Assembly: GCF_964355755.1 (NCBI RefSeq)
Contig: NC_092672.1
Location: forward strand, 24,627,237-24,691,236
DNA from: Antedon mediterranea
Lineage: Eukaryota > Animalia > Echinodermata
DNA length: 64,000 nucleotides
Direction of reading: 5' to 3'
The notes under the pieces are model-generated. The model saw only the letters and a program-made list of their open reading frames with translations, had not been told where the DNA came from and ran no database searches. A program made the translations under genes and the position numbers. Every line of letters begins with the position of its first letter. Position 1 is the stretch's first letter. Below are positions 47,697 to 61,728 of this stretch, piece after piece.

Positions 47697-50600
47697 ACAT
47701 GCGGCCGAACTCGTTGGCGGCCGAACACGACGGTATTCACTCGAGAGGAATTAATTCGCCTACAACCAGATGTAACTCTAAAGCCAATTGATCTTAAAGC
47801 GATTCCTATTCACTATATACGTAAAAGGAAGAGAGGATGCAGAGGAGGTATTAAGGCACGGGTAAGAAGAAGGAATTACAATAACTATAGTAGATTTAAA
47901 CCGGCATTGCCCACGATAATTTTTGGTAATGCTAGATCGTTAAGAAACAAAATGGATGAATTACAAACGTGTTGTAAATATCGAAATGAATACCGAAATG
48001 TGTGTGTGATATGCATATCAGAAACATGGTTTTGCAATACTGATCCGGATGAATTGTTAAGTATTGATGGGTTTTCCTTATTTCGTATGGATAGGAGCAG
48101 GGATGTCACCGGTAAAGCTAAAGGCGGGGGTGTATGTATCTACGTGAATAATAAATGGTGCAGAAATGTTTCGGTAAAGGAACAATATTGTTCTGTTGAC
48201 ATTGAATTGTTGACACTTTCGTTGAGACCGTATTATCTTCCGAGAGAATTTAACAGAATATATATTACTTGTGCGTATATCCACCCAAATGCTAACGACA
48301 TGATCGCGGCACAGACTCTGAGGTTATTCGCAGGATGGAGAAGATTGCACCAGATGCACCAAACTTTGTGATGGGCGATTTTAACAAGGCCTGCAAGATC
48401 AAGAAGTTCCTACCTGAGTATAGACAGTATGTTAAATGTGCTACTAGAAAAGAAAATGTATTAAATAAGTGTTTTGGGAATATTAGTGAAGCCTATAAGG
48501 CTTATAAATTACCAGGTATAGAAAATTCTGATCATAATTGTATTAATATTATTCCGAAATATAAACAGAAACTTAAAAAGCAGAAACCTATTGTTATAGA
48601 AAGATTAGTGTGGTCTGAGGATAAGGTTAATGAGTTAAAAGGGTGTTATGAAGCCACTGATTGGAATATGTTCATAGACTCTTCGGAAACTTTAAATGAG
48701 GCTACAGTAGCAATTGTTGAATACATAAAATTCTGTCAAAATCTGATCTTATCCAAAAAGAAAATTAGAATATTTAATAATAATAAGCCTTGGCTCACAA
48801 AAGATGTAAGAAAGGAATTACTTAAGAAATATATTGCATCCAAAAACAAATGCAACGATATGGAAAAGAAAAAGATTCAAAAATGTGTAAATAAGAAAAT
48901 CAAAGCATGTAAAAAAGAATATGGAGAAAAAATTGAGAACAAATTCATATTACAGGTATGGGGAAGAAAAATAATGAAATGGAACACAGTTTTAAACCAA
49001 ATGATTTAATATTTTTTATTCTAGATTTGATGAAATAAATTTTAAATGTAAAATGACTGCATCTGCTGAAGGGTTTAAAAATGAAATGAATGATAAAAGT
49101 TCAATAAAAATTGATGTAGATGATGTTAAGAAATAATGGAAAGGGTAAATGTTAGTAAAGCAAAGGGTCCGGACGGTGTATCAGGGCGTTTGATTAGATC
49201 ATGTGCCTCTCAGCTTTCACCAATAATAAGCCAGCTTTTCCAGTGTTCACTGAACACGGGGGTGGTACCTGATCTATGGAAGGTCTCTGAAATTATACCT
49301 GTTCCGAAAATGTGTAACCCTAAAATCATTAACGACTTCAGACCAGTGGCATTAACATCTATTCTAATGAAGATCCTTGAGAAAATTGTTAGAAGTCAAC
49401 TAATGTCTGAATGTAGTGATTTTATGGATAATAACCAATTTGCATATCAATGTAATAGAGGGGTCGATGATGCTATTATAACCTTGTTAGACCTGGTGGT
49501 TTCACATTTAGATAAGAAGGGGACCTATGCTCGAGGGCTATTCATAGACTTTTCTTCTGCATTTAATTTGATGCAGCCTCATATTTTAATGAACAAAATG
49601 TCTGAATGGAAGGTTAATCCTTACCTTGCTCTATGGGTTGGTGATTTTCTTACAAATCGGCTACAGTATGTTAAAGTTGGTAAATCTATCTCAGAGATTA
49701 GAAGGATTAACACTGGTGCACCCCAGGGGTGTTGTCTGTCACCAAGTTTATTTACAATATATACTAGTGAATGTCGATCTTCATGTAGCATGTGTCATAT
49801 AATAAAATACGCAGATGACATGGTACTGATTGGTCTATTGAAAAATGCTGACGATCATGTGTATAAGGCTGAATATGTTAAATTAATGTCATGGTGCAAT
49901 GACAATTACTTAAGATTAATTTTAATAAAACTAAAGAAATTATATGGGATTTTAGGAAAAAGAAAAATTAAAAAAGTTATCTGATAGTTAATGATCAGAC
50001 AATTGAACGTGTTCATGAAACCAAAAATCTTGGTACACATATTGATGATCAACTTAGTTTTGAAAAAAATACGGCCGAGATAATTAAGAAAGGTCACCAA
50101 AGGTTATATTTCCTAAGAAAGCTAAATAAATTTAATGTTAGCTGTGGTACTTTAAAATTATTCTATGAAACAGTTATTCAATCAGTACTAGTTATCTCTT
50201 TTATTGCTTGGTTCGGTAATTTAAATGAAACACACAAGAAAGGTCTCATTAGAATTACTAAAATAGCATCAAATATAATTGGTTGTACGGTTAATGATTT
50301 AAAATATCTTTATGAAAAACAGGTCCTAAGTAAATTAAGTAAAATTTTAGAAGATAAGAAACATCCATTACATATGAGATTTTTTAAGAACAAGTCAGGC
50401 CGGTTACGGGCTCCTAGAGCTGATACGTCAAGAAACCGACTGTCTTTTGTACCAAATTCAACTCATATTTTTAACTCAAAGATTGTTAGATCATAAAAGC
50501 GCACATGCAATATATATTTTAAAGTTTTACTGTTGATGAATGTTTTAATTAATGTTTTTAAATTGTAAATTTGTTCTATGTATGATGTAATTATGAATGT

Positions 50601-50702
50601 TTTACCATATTTTTCTGTCGAGGAAAACAATTTTTCCATGTACAATTTAGTATATATGGAACGAATAAAGATTTGATTTTGATTTGATTTGATTTGATTT
50701 GA
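47697..50702 (+). mobile_element. Rex1/Babar-like LINE, near full length, frameshifted
   Basis: Arg-rich N-terminus, APE (GNARSL, SETW, GGGVC, GDFN, SDH), RT (RPVALTS, DFSSAFN, GAPQG, YADD), (GATTT)n tail. Confidence 0.88.
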
Positions 50703-50780
50703 TAAACTACACCTTTACATAGTTGGCATAAACTACACCTTTACATAGTTGGCATAAACTACACCTTTACATAGTTGGCC
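50703..50780. repeat. 26-bp tandem repeat, 3 copies
   Basis: taaactacacctttacatagttggc(a) three times, directly after the LINE tail. Confidence 0.9.
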
Positions 50781-52959
50781 TAAAAATAACATAAAAAGAA
50801 TACAAACAATACAACAAATGGATACAAAATAAATGGCGTGAATACAGGAACAACTAATTTTAAACCAACCGACTCGATCTATGTTGTAGTCACACATCAC
50901 TGAAATAAAAAACCATTAAATATTAGAGTAAAAAGTGAAAATAATCATAATAACTTAAACTATAGTATATATAATAATAACTGAAAAATATCGATAACTG
51001 AAAAGGTAACATACACTACTCCACACTAACATTTGCAAGCTAGCTCTGAGATTATAATTTAGTTTTTCCATGATCTTTATCAACATAGATTAAAATGTTA
51101 TTGCTGAGGAAAAGTGTATAGTGTTTATATGTACTGTTGCATACAAAGTCACGTTAAATTAATAATGTTTCTCTCCGAAGTCCAGGCAATCTAACAACAG
51201 GATGCAGGATCTTTTATGCTATAATAATAAATTAATAATGTTTACCTCCGAAGTGCTATACTAGATCACGTTATACCCAGATATTTATAATTTATACTAC
51301 ACTATAGATAGAAAAAGAGATCATTCAAACATACTAATATCGATCAGCAAGAAGATAATTTTGTAAAAAATGAGTTGCAACCATAATTTCCACATTTGGC
51401 TAGCCTGAGATCATGTTTACTATTATAAATGCCAATACCTTTAGTCTTATAATAGTGCCCTCTATAATGGTTTGACATTTTTTCAAAATATTATAGTGCC
51501 CTCTATAGTTTAGACATAATTTTATAAAACCTCCAGGAATATTTAATTTTTCCAAATTGATAATTTTAGGTTCACATGAATTGACTGCTTTATAATTATC
51601 AGCGAAAGACGCTGCATGGATCCATATCAGTTTGTATATTGCGTTAATGAGGACGATTTTTTATTTGTTATTTTTTAAATCCTTTTGGCTCATCTGACAA
51701 AGCTAAGTCCTATGCAGATCTTCATTTTTTAAATTTCCTCTCGGCATTTAATACCATCGACTCTCTTATGTATTAATAGATAAGCTTTGTTTTGCCCATG
51801 CCTCACCTCCATCTATCCAATCTGGAGCAGTTGTATCTTTGATGGTGATTTTACTGAAATGAGTATTTTAAGAATGTTGTTTATAACAGAGGCAAAATGT
51901 TTTTGGGAAAAAATGAGACCGTCGATATCTAGCTTTTAATGAAGCAATTGTTGTGGAATATTTAATTTCAGTTGGTAGGTTATTCCATATTTAAGAATAT
52001 TGTTTTTAACAGAGGCAAAAACATTCCACAATATCAGTGTTCAGTGGCATGGTACAAGTTTACACCATGAGGCAAATGTATTTCTAATGTTATATTAAAA
52101 TGGTACAATTGACGTTAATGCTATTAGGCCTGTCAATTTGGCTGATATGCAAGAGCTTATGGTCAGTGTGATAAAACTGGGTAGATTCAGAAATACAAGA
52201 TATTCGATATAATACTCATAACGAAGAGTTCAAGTATGTTTACATGACCATTGCGTGATGGTATATCATTACCATCTTTAGGCCTATACAGGATTACACT
52301 ATCAGGTAAAAGAAAAAATACTTGACCTTGTCGTTACCATGACCATTACGTGATGGTAAATCATTAACCTGAGTTAAAAATATATCTTGTAAAGTCTAAG
52401 AGAAAGTCCCCTCAAGAAAACATCTAGCACGGGGATGATAAACTCGCCGATTTAATGAATTCGGTTGTACATGGGTCTAAAAGCATTAAGAGTAGAAGTA
52501 AGTTTATAGTGAAGTCGTCTTTATTACCATCAGAACAAATGCTTTTTTTTTGGTAAGAAGTTGGTCTTAGTTCATTATCAATATATCGTCGTTGGGTTCA
52601 AGATCATGTCTTCTGATTAATAAGAAAGACGACTTAACCAGCACTACTTTTGGACCGAGTAAACGGTCTTGCCTTTATAAGAAATAACCAATTTGAGGTA
52701 TTTCAGTGTCAGATTTAGAATCATTGAACCACGTGTCAGAGTCGTGTTTTGGGACGACTGGATTACTTCCAAGTCTCTAAACTTGTTGACTGTCTTACTG
52801 CTTCTAGCAATTCAAATGGTGGTTTACATGGTCGCTCTAATCCACACGTTCGTTATCAGAGTCGGAGGCATATTCACTGTCAACAGATTCTGTATCATTA
52901 GTTTTAAAAAAGAAGTCACTGAACAGAGGCAAGGAACATGGGTGTAGTACCAGATGTCA

Positions 52960-54035
52960 ACTGATTTGGCGAGAGCGTAAAACTCATCCTTTAAAAAGTT
53001 GGCAAAATTCAGATGGAATCAATAGTTGCAATTGTCGCATTGATTCGATCTGACACACTTAGTACAAGAACCGAATGGATCCTTAGTGGGCCGAGGTTAT
53101 ATGCTATATCACCACTCAGTGCGAGAATCAAAAGCGAACAAAATGCAAGATCAGTATATGCTAGTATGGTTTATTTTAAACTTAGGAATGACGAACGAAT
53201 AAAGAATCTATGTATAGGCTGGCAAGTTTTGGAAAGCGTGTTATTATTTGTGTTGATTCCACAGTATCAGTTGACTTTAACAAGTATTCTGCCTTCCTCC
53301 TTTTACAAATTACAGATATTAATAGAACTACTAGGGCAGTTCTTTGATGTCCCATGTTTGCTGTATGTGGCCTGTACAATACAGACAAATAAATAAATAG
53401 ATAAACGGTACAGCTTGAAACAAAAACAAAGGGATAAAACTCAATTGTAATTTAAAATACAATGGAGATCACGGTTAAATCAAAACAACTGTACAGTTCT
53501 TGTGAGTATATAATTACAAATTACCGATCTCTTGACAATAAGTTAGTGTTATTTCTTTTGTCGAGAAACTACTAGGCCTATATTTGGAAAATCACAAGAA
53601 TGGCAGGGCGTAGGATTGTAATTGATGTATATACTTGAATTTAAACAGGATGCATGTGTTCTTTTGGTAAAACGCAATCTACAAAATGTGTCACCTGCTT
53701 CACAAAGAAGATAGCGTTATTCCATCCATAATCCATACAGGTTACCTACATCTTTAATACAGTAAGTCGTTTGTTATACACAGTTCAGTTCATTGTTGCT
53801 ATATTATTATTCATAGAGAGCACTCCCGGATCACGTCATTATTTCTTATAATATATTTTGAAATTTTAAATAATGCCATGTTTAACCAGGTTTTATATTT
53901 GTTTCTATATATTTGGCATTAATGAAAATAATGTATTTGTTCTGTATATTGGAAAAAATATATAAAAAGAAATATATCTACAATATGATTTTAATTATTT
54001 GTATATAATTTGACACACGCATATATAAAGACGGG
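52960..54035. repeat. Local segmental duplication, copy 1 (copy 2 at ~56286-57680)
   Basis: Long colinear similarity, e.g. gatggaatcaatagttgcaa...acagttctt and gtcgagaaactactaggcc...gacacacgca. Shorter diverged partial copies at ~54980-55290 and ~58135-58215. Confidence 0.9.
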
Positions 54036-54059
54036 TAAGTGTGCTCACAACACTCAATT

Positions 54060-54920
54060 TATGTTGTAATGTGTGACATGAATGAAAGTGTAAATATTGG
54101 TTGGTATGAGTAGGTTTTCTGTAAACTTATGTAGTGATTTTGTTGTCAATGAGTGAAATGGAAACGTCTAGGAAAGGTATAGTGCTATTAGTCATATGTT
54201 CTGTGAAAGTGATGTTGTGTGTGGGATCGATTGAGTTTAGATGATAATTAAGGTTGTCAGCAGCTCCTTCTGGAACAACTGCTAAAACGTCATCTACATA
54301 TCTTTTCCATATCAGTGACTTAATTTCTGTATTAGCTGTTTTAAGTGCTTCCTCTCCTAGCCATTCTAGAAACAGGTTCACCACAATAGGGCTCACTGGG
54401 CTTCCCATCGCAACACCTTCTATTTGTTTATAGAAGGATCCGTTGAAGCTGAAATAGGTGGTATTTATCAGAAGGGACAGCAATTCTAAAATGTCATCGA
54501 CGGAGAGATTTGTACGTTCTTTTAAGTCATCATCATTTTTTAGTTTTATTCGTATGATTTTCAATGCTAATTCTGTGGGTGTCTTGGTGAATAGGGATAC
54601 AACATCGTACGAGACAAATGTGTAGTTCTGTGGGACATTTAACGTCGCAAGTTCTTTAACTAAGTCTTTGGAGTTCTTTACATGGTGTATAGTGTTTCCA
54701 ACTAGGGGCTCTAAAATATCGGCGAGGCTTTTTCCTAAGTTATAGTATATGGAGTTGATGCAGTCAACAATAGGACGAAGCGGTAAATTCATTTTATTTA
54801 TTTTTGAAAGGCAGTAAATTCGTGGTGTTACTTCTGCTGTAGGAAACAGTATTCTTTTTTGCTTTGGTGTTATTTTCTCTTCTTGGATAACACCAAGCGG
54901 TAAACTTGACATTATATTGG
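54060..54920 (-). mobile_element. Penelope-like element RT fragment
   Basis: ORF 54127-54912: PLRPIV, SYDVVSLFT, GVAMGSPVSP, RYVDD, IPFLDV. Confidence 0.88.
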
Positions 54921-55869
54921 ATCATAATAGAAGTAACATTTTATCACATTATATTGTCAGATCCAAATGAACTTATTTAACAGTCCATTGTTGCTTGATA
55001 ATTTATTCATTCAGAGCACACCGGAACACTTCATTCAATTTTTCAATAGTATATTTATATAATACAATTTTTAATAACCAGATTTTATATGTTTTTAATA
55101 TTTTGTAATGACCAATTGATGATATATTTAATATGTATATTGGACAAAATAAAAAAGAAATATATTTTACATACTATATATTATTTGATATAACTTAACG
55201 TACGCACATACAAAGCAGACAACTAACGGGTAAACTTTACTTTGATTAGAAGAAATAAATGTTTATTTGATTTGATATAATAATTCTAATATTTGCTAAG
55301 TCTACTCTGAGACCCGTAAGGTCCGTATTAATGACTGGACTATCTCTGGATTTAGTCTCGACAATCTTTAGTCCTGGAATAAACCAGTATCAAAATCGGC
55401 AAAAGATAGTCATAAATACGGGCCAATGAGATTGTGGCCTACACTATGCAGTCATTCACATTAACCTCAACAAGTCACTGATCGTTTTATATTTTAGTAG
55501 GCCTACATATAGATATAGATATCACATACCAGTCCATAAATCACATTTAGTCCAAAATATCATAACCAGCAACTACAATTGAAAAACATTCATGTAAACA
55601 AGAAAAGCAATTTGCAAATATAAACTGAACTTGTCATGTCACACAACAAAGTGGCAAGTACGCCACCACTATTTTGGAACGTAAGTGATAACAGTTATCA
55701 GACATTCAAACACTCTCCGTTTATTTAAGTGTTGATATACTATTTGTTAGCAAAGTGTATTTAGAAGTGATAGTGAGTTGAAAATTACAGTAGGCCTGTA
55801 CAGATGGCCTATGATTGTGTAAATGCTATTTTAGGAAACAAATGCAAACTTTGTCTTGCTAGTACTTAA

Positions 55870-56187
55870 AGATGTATTGTCCCCCAATAACATGAAAAAT
55901 AAAGATTAATTAAATCAGACTTTGAATAGATTATTTTGTAGTTTTAATTAAGTTACTCACTTCTGGCCGTAGAAAAAAATAATAATTTCACTTAAAAAAT
56001 AACATAATACAGTAAATGGTTAAATTCAACCAAAAATCCATTGGCTGGCAGTCAATTTGATCATTTTTGCTTAAATACTTTTTTTAGATCAAATTTATCG
56101 AAAAGTGGATAACTATCATGTGACATTAAATTGCATATTCAACAACAAAAAAGTAAAACATTATTTTTCATGGGGGACAATACATCT
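55870..56187. mobile_element. Kolobok-like MITE
   Basis: TIRs AGATGTATTGTCCCCCA / TGGGGGACAATACATCT with TTAA on both sides; related pieces near 14620-14765 and 37710-37880. Confidence 0.75.
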
Positions 56188-56285
56188 TTAAACGAAATGT
56201 CCTAGATTTAATTACTTTTGTATGCCTGCTAACTATATGGCCGTCCAATAAAATGTAATTTGATTGTATGAGCATTAAGTGATGG

Positions 56286-57680
56286 ACTGATTTCGCGAGA
56301 GCGTAAAACTCATCCTCTAAAAAGTTGGTACAATTCAGATGGAATCAATAGTTGCAATCGTCGCATTGAATACCACGTTGATTCGATCTGACACACTTAG
56401 TACAAGAACCGAATGGATCCTTAGTGGGCCGGGGTTATATATGCTATATCACCACTCAGTGCGAGAATCAAAAGCGAACAAAATGCAAGATCAGTATATG
56501 CTAGTATGGTTTATTTTAAACTTCGGAGTGACAAACGAGTAAAGAATCTATGTATAGGCTGACAAGTCTTGGGAAGCGTGTTATTACTTTGTGTTGACTC
56601 CACGGTATCGGTTGACTTGATGAGTATTCCGCATTCACTTCAAAACGTCTATTTACAAATTACAGATATTAATAGAACTACTAGGGCAGTTCTTTGATGT
56701 CCCATGTTTGCTGTATGTGGCCTGTACAATGCAGACCAATAAATAAATAGATAAACGGTACAGCTTGAAACAAAACAAAGGGATAAAACTCAACTGTAAT
56801 TTAAAATACAATGGAGATCACGGTTAAATCAAAACAACTGTACAGTTCTTCTTCTTTACAAACTAGTGTATGATATTGTCTTAAAATGAACTAAAATTAG
56901 AACCTGAACGTGAACCTGATTCAAGTTGTCATATTTTACTACAAGATGCAAACTAGGAACAATGTTAACATATGCAAATTAATTACTTGCGAACTTGATT
57001 AAGCTTGGTTGGCGTAGACATAATTTACATTTAAGGAGCTTCTCTAATTTGTTTCGGAAAATTTACTTTTTAAATTCTTAAAATGTTGTATGTATCGGCC
57101 TGTAGGCCTAATTGTTAGTGTTGTTTCTTTTGTCGAGAAACTACTAGGCCTATATTTGGAAAATCACAAGAAGGGCAGGGCGTAGGATTGTAATTGATGT
57201 CTGTAATTGAATTTAAACAGGATGCATGTGTTGTCTTGGTAAAACGCAATCTGCAATATGTATCATTTGCTTCACAAAGAAGATAGCGTTATTCCATCCA
57301 TAATCCGTACAGGTTACCTACATCTTTAATAAGTCGTTTGTTATACACAGTTCATTGTTGCTATATTATTATTCATAGAGAGCAATCCCGGATCACTTCA
57401 TTATTTCTTATAGTATATTTTGAAACAGCTTTAAATAATACAATGTTTAACCAGGTTTTATATTTTTTTCTATATATTTGGTATTAATGAAAATAATGTA
57501 TTTGTGATGTATATTGGAAAAAATATAAAAAAAAAATATATATTTACAATATGATTTTAATTATTTGTATATAATTTGACACACGCACATACAAAGACGC
57601 AGACAACTGATGGGTAAACTTTTACTTTGATTAGAAGAATTTAATATTGGATTTGATATAATAATTCTAATTTTTGTTAA
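56286..57680. repeat. Local segmental duplication, copy 2
   Basis: Colinear with 52960-54035, with ~230 bp of extra sequence around 56855-57110. Confidence 0.9.
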
Positions 57681-58718
57681 TTATAATCACAGACAAAATG
57701 AGATTTTAAGCTACAGTAATCATTCATAATTTTTTATTTTATTTTATTTTATTTCATCATCACCCTACAGTGACCAAACGTCACCATTAACAGGGCTGAA
57801 AGTCGTAAAATATAACATATAATATACAAGCAAAAATCAACAGATAACAAGACAACATTTAAATATTACTGACATTAGACAAAACCTTGTGACGGAAACC
57901 GTAAGCATTAATCTACAAGCACATTTGTCATAAATGTAGGCCATACAACTTTGGAATGTTGGTCTTTAACTCGCTGAGATTCCGTATTACCGTAGGTTAG
58001 AGCCTATTTATACACGTATATGCGTAAGCCATGGCGTACGCATTGCGTAGCATACGCCTTGCGTGTGAACTAAGCACTTACTACGCCACGGCCGTGGCGT
58101 TAGATAACGAGCCTAACGCTGTGTCGTTTGTTCCACAGTTCATTGTTGCTTGATAATTTATTCATTCAGAGCACACCGGAACACTTCATTCAATTTTTCA
58201 ATAGTATATTTATCAAAATATAAATTTACGTAAGGGCAAAAATCGGTAAATCACGCGTTATTTCTAGAATGTTTACTCGATGGTATATAAAGTTGGTTCG
58301 TACTTTCGGTACTAATTTTAACCACCTGATGTAACCCTGTTTACTAATTAAATTGAGTTCGATAATTAGCTATTGACGATTAAAACGAATTTAGGTTCAA
58401 CGATTTGCCCCAAATAGGGGTGTTTTCCGATCGTGGTATACACTGTCTAATGGATGTCAATTTGAAAAATACCCGCACACAATAATACGAGGACGCTTCG
58501 CATTTTCCTATCTCCTCCTACGATAATTGTTTTTAATGGCTGAAAACCGGTTGAACAGTTCGAGTACAGCATCATAATGTTGAAGACAGGCCGATTTTCT
58601 TTAAAAAATGTTATTTTGATACATGTAATATACGTTTTTACAAATGTATTGATTTGTGATGAATGGAACATTCCAAATTATTTGGTTTAACCATAGAGGT
58701 ATAGATTTAGATTTATGG

Positions 58719-60364
58719 CAGTGGTGGCGCCAGGATTTCCCCGACGGGGGGGGGGGCCGAATTCCCCGACAGGGGGCCGAATTCCCCGACAGGGGGGCCG
58801 AATTCCCCCACGGGGGGCCGTACGCGCGAAAGCGGGGGTGGGTTTGGGAGGGGGTATTCCCCCTCCCGAGCCTCAGAAAATTTTGAAAAAATAGATGCTT
58901 ACACACTGTTTAATGGGCTAGAGCAACTGTTTCCATTTACATTTAATAACAATGTCACATAATAATGTAAATTTAAATAAATCTTTCCTAAATACTCTAA
59001 TTAATACGGATCTTTTTCGACGAACTAATAATAAACTTTGATCCAAAAATGCCTCGATAGTGCATGTGTTTAGTGTACGATTGTGCTTTGGTGGTCTGTT
59101 AACCTCAGATATATACCCTATAGCCGGGTGAATAACTCAATGTAATTTAGTACCGTATACAATGATGATTGCCGTAATCGCCGTGTCTATAACACAAATC
59201 AATAAAATGCCGTTTTTTCGGCCGTGTACATAGAACAAGACATTTCATGTTTATGTTATGCCTATGAAATAATAATAAAAGAACATCATGTTTATCGTTT
59301 TTTTTTATCGTTTATACTGCATACCATTATATAAAAAACCTTCATACGCGAGAAAAAAGTTCACGATATTACACTCTACTCTGTACAGGGGTGTAAATAT
59401 ACAGGTCCACGCTAACGCTTGCAGACGGACCAGGGCGGAAAATGGTGTATTTTTGGAGAGTGATGACGTCAGCATTCACACGAGGAGCGAGCTAAGACAA
59501 CGTGATGCTGGTAGTGGGAGTGCATGTGTTTTGAAAATAACTCAGTTGTGGGTATTTTCCGAAGATTTTAAATTGCGTTTTCTTTTTAAACTCTTGAATT
59601 CATAAATAGTTCTTTCACTATGTAGGCCTATTTACACAACTATAGCTCTAGCCTACTCTTCTTAATTAAAAGAGTCAAGTGCGCCGAATCCGCGTCTAGC
59701 GACGGTCACGGGTTTGTTGCATCTTTTTTTTCCCTTTAGAAGTAAGCCACCCTATTCACCCACCTACCCTAGATCAAGATTTATGCGCGAAAAGAAACGT
59801 GACCAGACTCTGTTTTATGGTTCGGGCCAACCGCTTCCTTTTCCCAATCGAACCCCCACCCAAACCCCTTTAATCGACAGCGAACATATACGCAAGGGTT
59901 ATTGGTAAATTGAAACAATTCGTAAACTCAACCGTGAGAACATAACTCGTACCTTTATCCCTGTATGAACGTACGTCGATGCGTAGTTGCAAATGAATTT
60001 TCGATTTTCGCCTGGAATCTGAAAAATACATATTTTGGTCCCTGGATGTAATATGATACAGCCAAGATATGTCGACGCGTATACCGCAGTGAGTGAAAGA
60101 TTCGTACAAACAGACACCGCCAGACAAATGCGTACCACATACTGTTTACTTCGCTGTCAGTATATCGTACGTACGTCAAAAATGGAATGCCGCAATTACT
60201 TAAAATATATAGTAGTACACTTAATATTGTTTTATTTTTTACCAGAAAAGAAATGATCATATTTTTCTCCCCGACAAATATGGCCAATACTCCCCGACGG
60301 GGGGGCCAGCTTTCCCCGACGGGGGGGCTCTGGCCCCCCGGCCCTCCCGCTGGCGCCACCACTG
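58719..60364. mobile_element. Non-autonomous hAT element
   Basis: TIRs CAGTGGTGGCGCCAG / CTGGCGCCACCACTG, perfect 8-bp TSD ATTTATGG, subterminal CCCCGAC-G(n) repeats, no transposase ORF. Confidence 0.88.
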
Positions 60365-60647
60365 ATTTATGGGCCCCCTTGGAGAATAAACATAAATAGT
60401 ATTGCAATGCTACAATACTGTTAAGGTATTAACCACCTTTGATCGCAATTTGAATCGCAAATTTCTTACTGTGTGAGTGTTGGTACTGTTAGATATAATA
60501 TAAACATAATTATATACAAATAAACTTTATTACTGTGAGTGTGGGTAGGCCCTACTGTTAGATTATAAACATATAATATACAAATAAATAAACGTTATTA
60601 CTGACAGTTGCTTCTCAACGTTTGTATTAATTAATAATTTAAAAATA

Positions 60648-61417
60648 TATAAACGTACGTAGTGGTGTATCGTTACATGTACTTTACTATTTCAATCGAC
60701 TATGACAGTGAGAGTTTTAACAAAGTATTAAATCGTAAATGTTTTACTGTATTTAGTGGTATATTATTTATAGGCTAGGCCTCTAAAACATTAAAAACAA
60801 TATTTCGTTACTGAGTGGATAAGAATATATTTTAAAATGTTTCCTCTTTGTACCTATCTTCTTCCCCCATCCCTCAACCCTTAATGTTACATACAAAACA
60901 CAAATTGGGTTTGTTTAAATGAGTCCAAATAAAAAAATTTGACTCATTTTGTTTCTCTCTCGGAAGTAATTCCCAGGGTGCTAATTTTAGCTGACTACAT
61001 AAATCATCGTGTATATTTATTCGTTTCTGTAAACGACAATGTATTATAGTCCTGCAGTACGTACATTTGAAATCTCCATTTTTTTCTCGCTGGAAAATAC
61101 TGTGTATTAAATAAACGTCGTAGTGGTGTATCGTGACATGTACTTTAATATTTCAATCGATTATGACAGTGACAGTTTTAACAAAGTATTAAATCGCAAA
61201 TGTTTTACTGTATTTAAATTAGAGGTATATTATTTATAGGCCTATAAAACACAAAAAAAATATTTCGTTACTGAGTGGATAAAGAATATATTTAAAAATG
61301 GTTCCTCTTTGTACCTATCCGCTTTCCCATCCCTCAACCCTAATATAAAAAAACCCATACAAAACACACATTGAGTTTCTTTAAATGAGTCCAAATCAAA
61401 AATGTTGACTCATTTTG
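60648..61417. repeat. Diverged ~300-bp direct repeat (60648-60950 and 61111-61417)
   Basis: gtagtggtgtatcg...ccatccctcaaccct...aaatgagtccaaat...tgactcattttg occurs twice. Confidence 0.85.
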
Positions 61418-61728
61418 TGACAATGTATTATTGGGTCTGTTTCTGCTGCATAACGCAATTTAACCGGTTATTTTAAAATAGATTAAAAATAGATAACAAT
61501 AACAAGACCGCGTTTCTGCTCAACTTGTGCTCCGAAATAACCGGTTAAATCTATGGGTGGTCGTCGAGCAAAACGTCATCATTACCCAAAATGCAATACA
61601 CTCAGACGGAAGTGGTAAGGTGGCTGTTTGTTTACATCGACGTCAGTACATGCGTGTGTGATATCGCCATCTTAAACATGTTAACATAATAATGGTACTG
61701 TAGAACATGTAATGACACTGCTGCTAAT

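Noticed and set aside
53013-53396. 127-aa ORF as a real gene
   Set aside because: The duplicate at 56339 differs by frameshifting indels and no motif is recognisable.
61458-61550. 16-bp inverted repeat ATTTAACCGGTTATTT / AAATAACCGGTTAAAT
   Set aside because: No TSD or other support; likely a MITE remnant, not classifiable.
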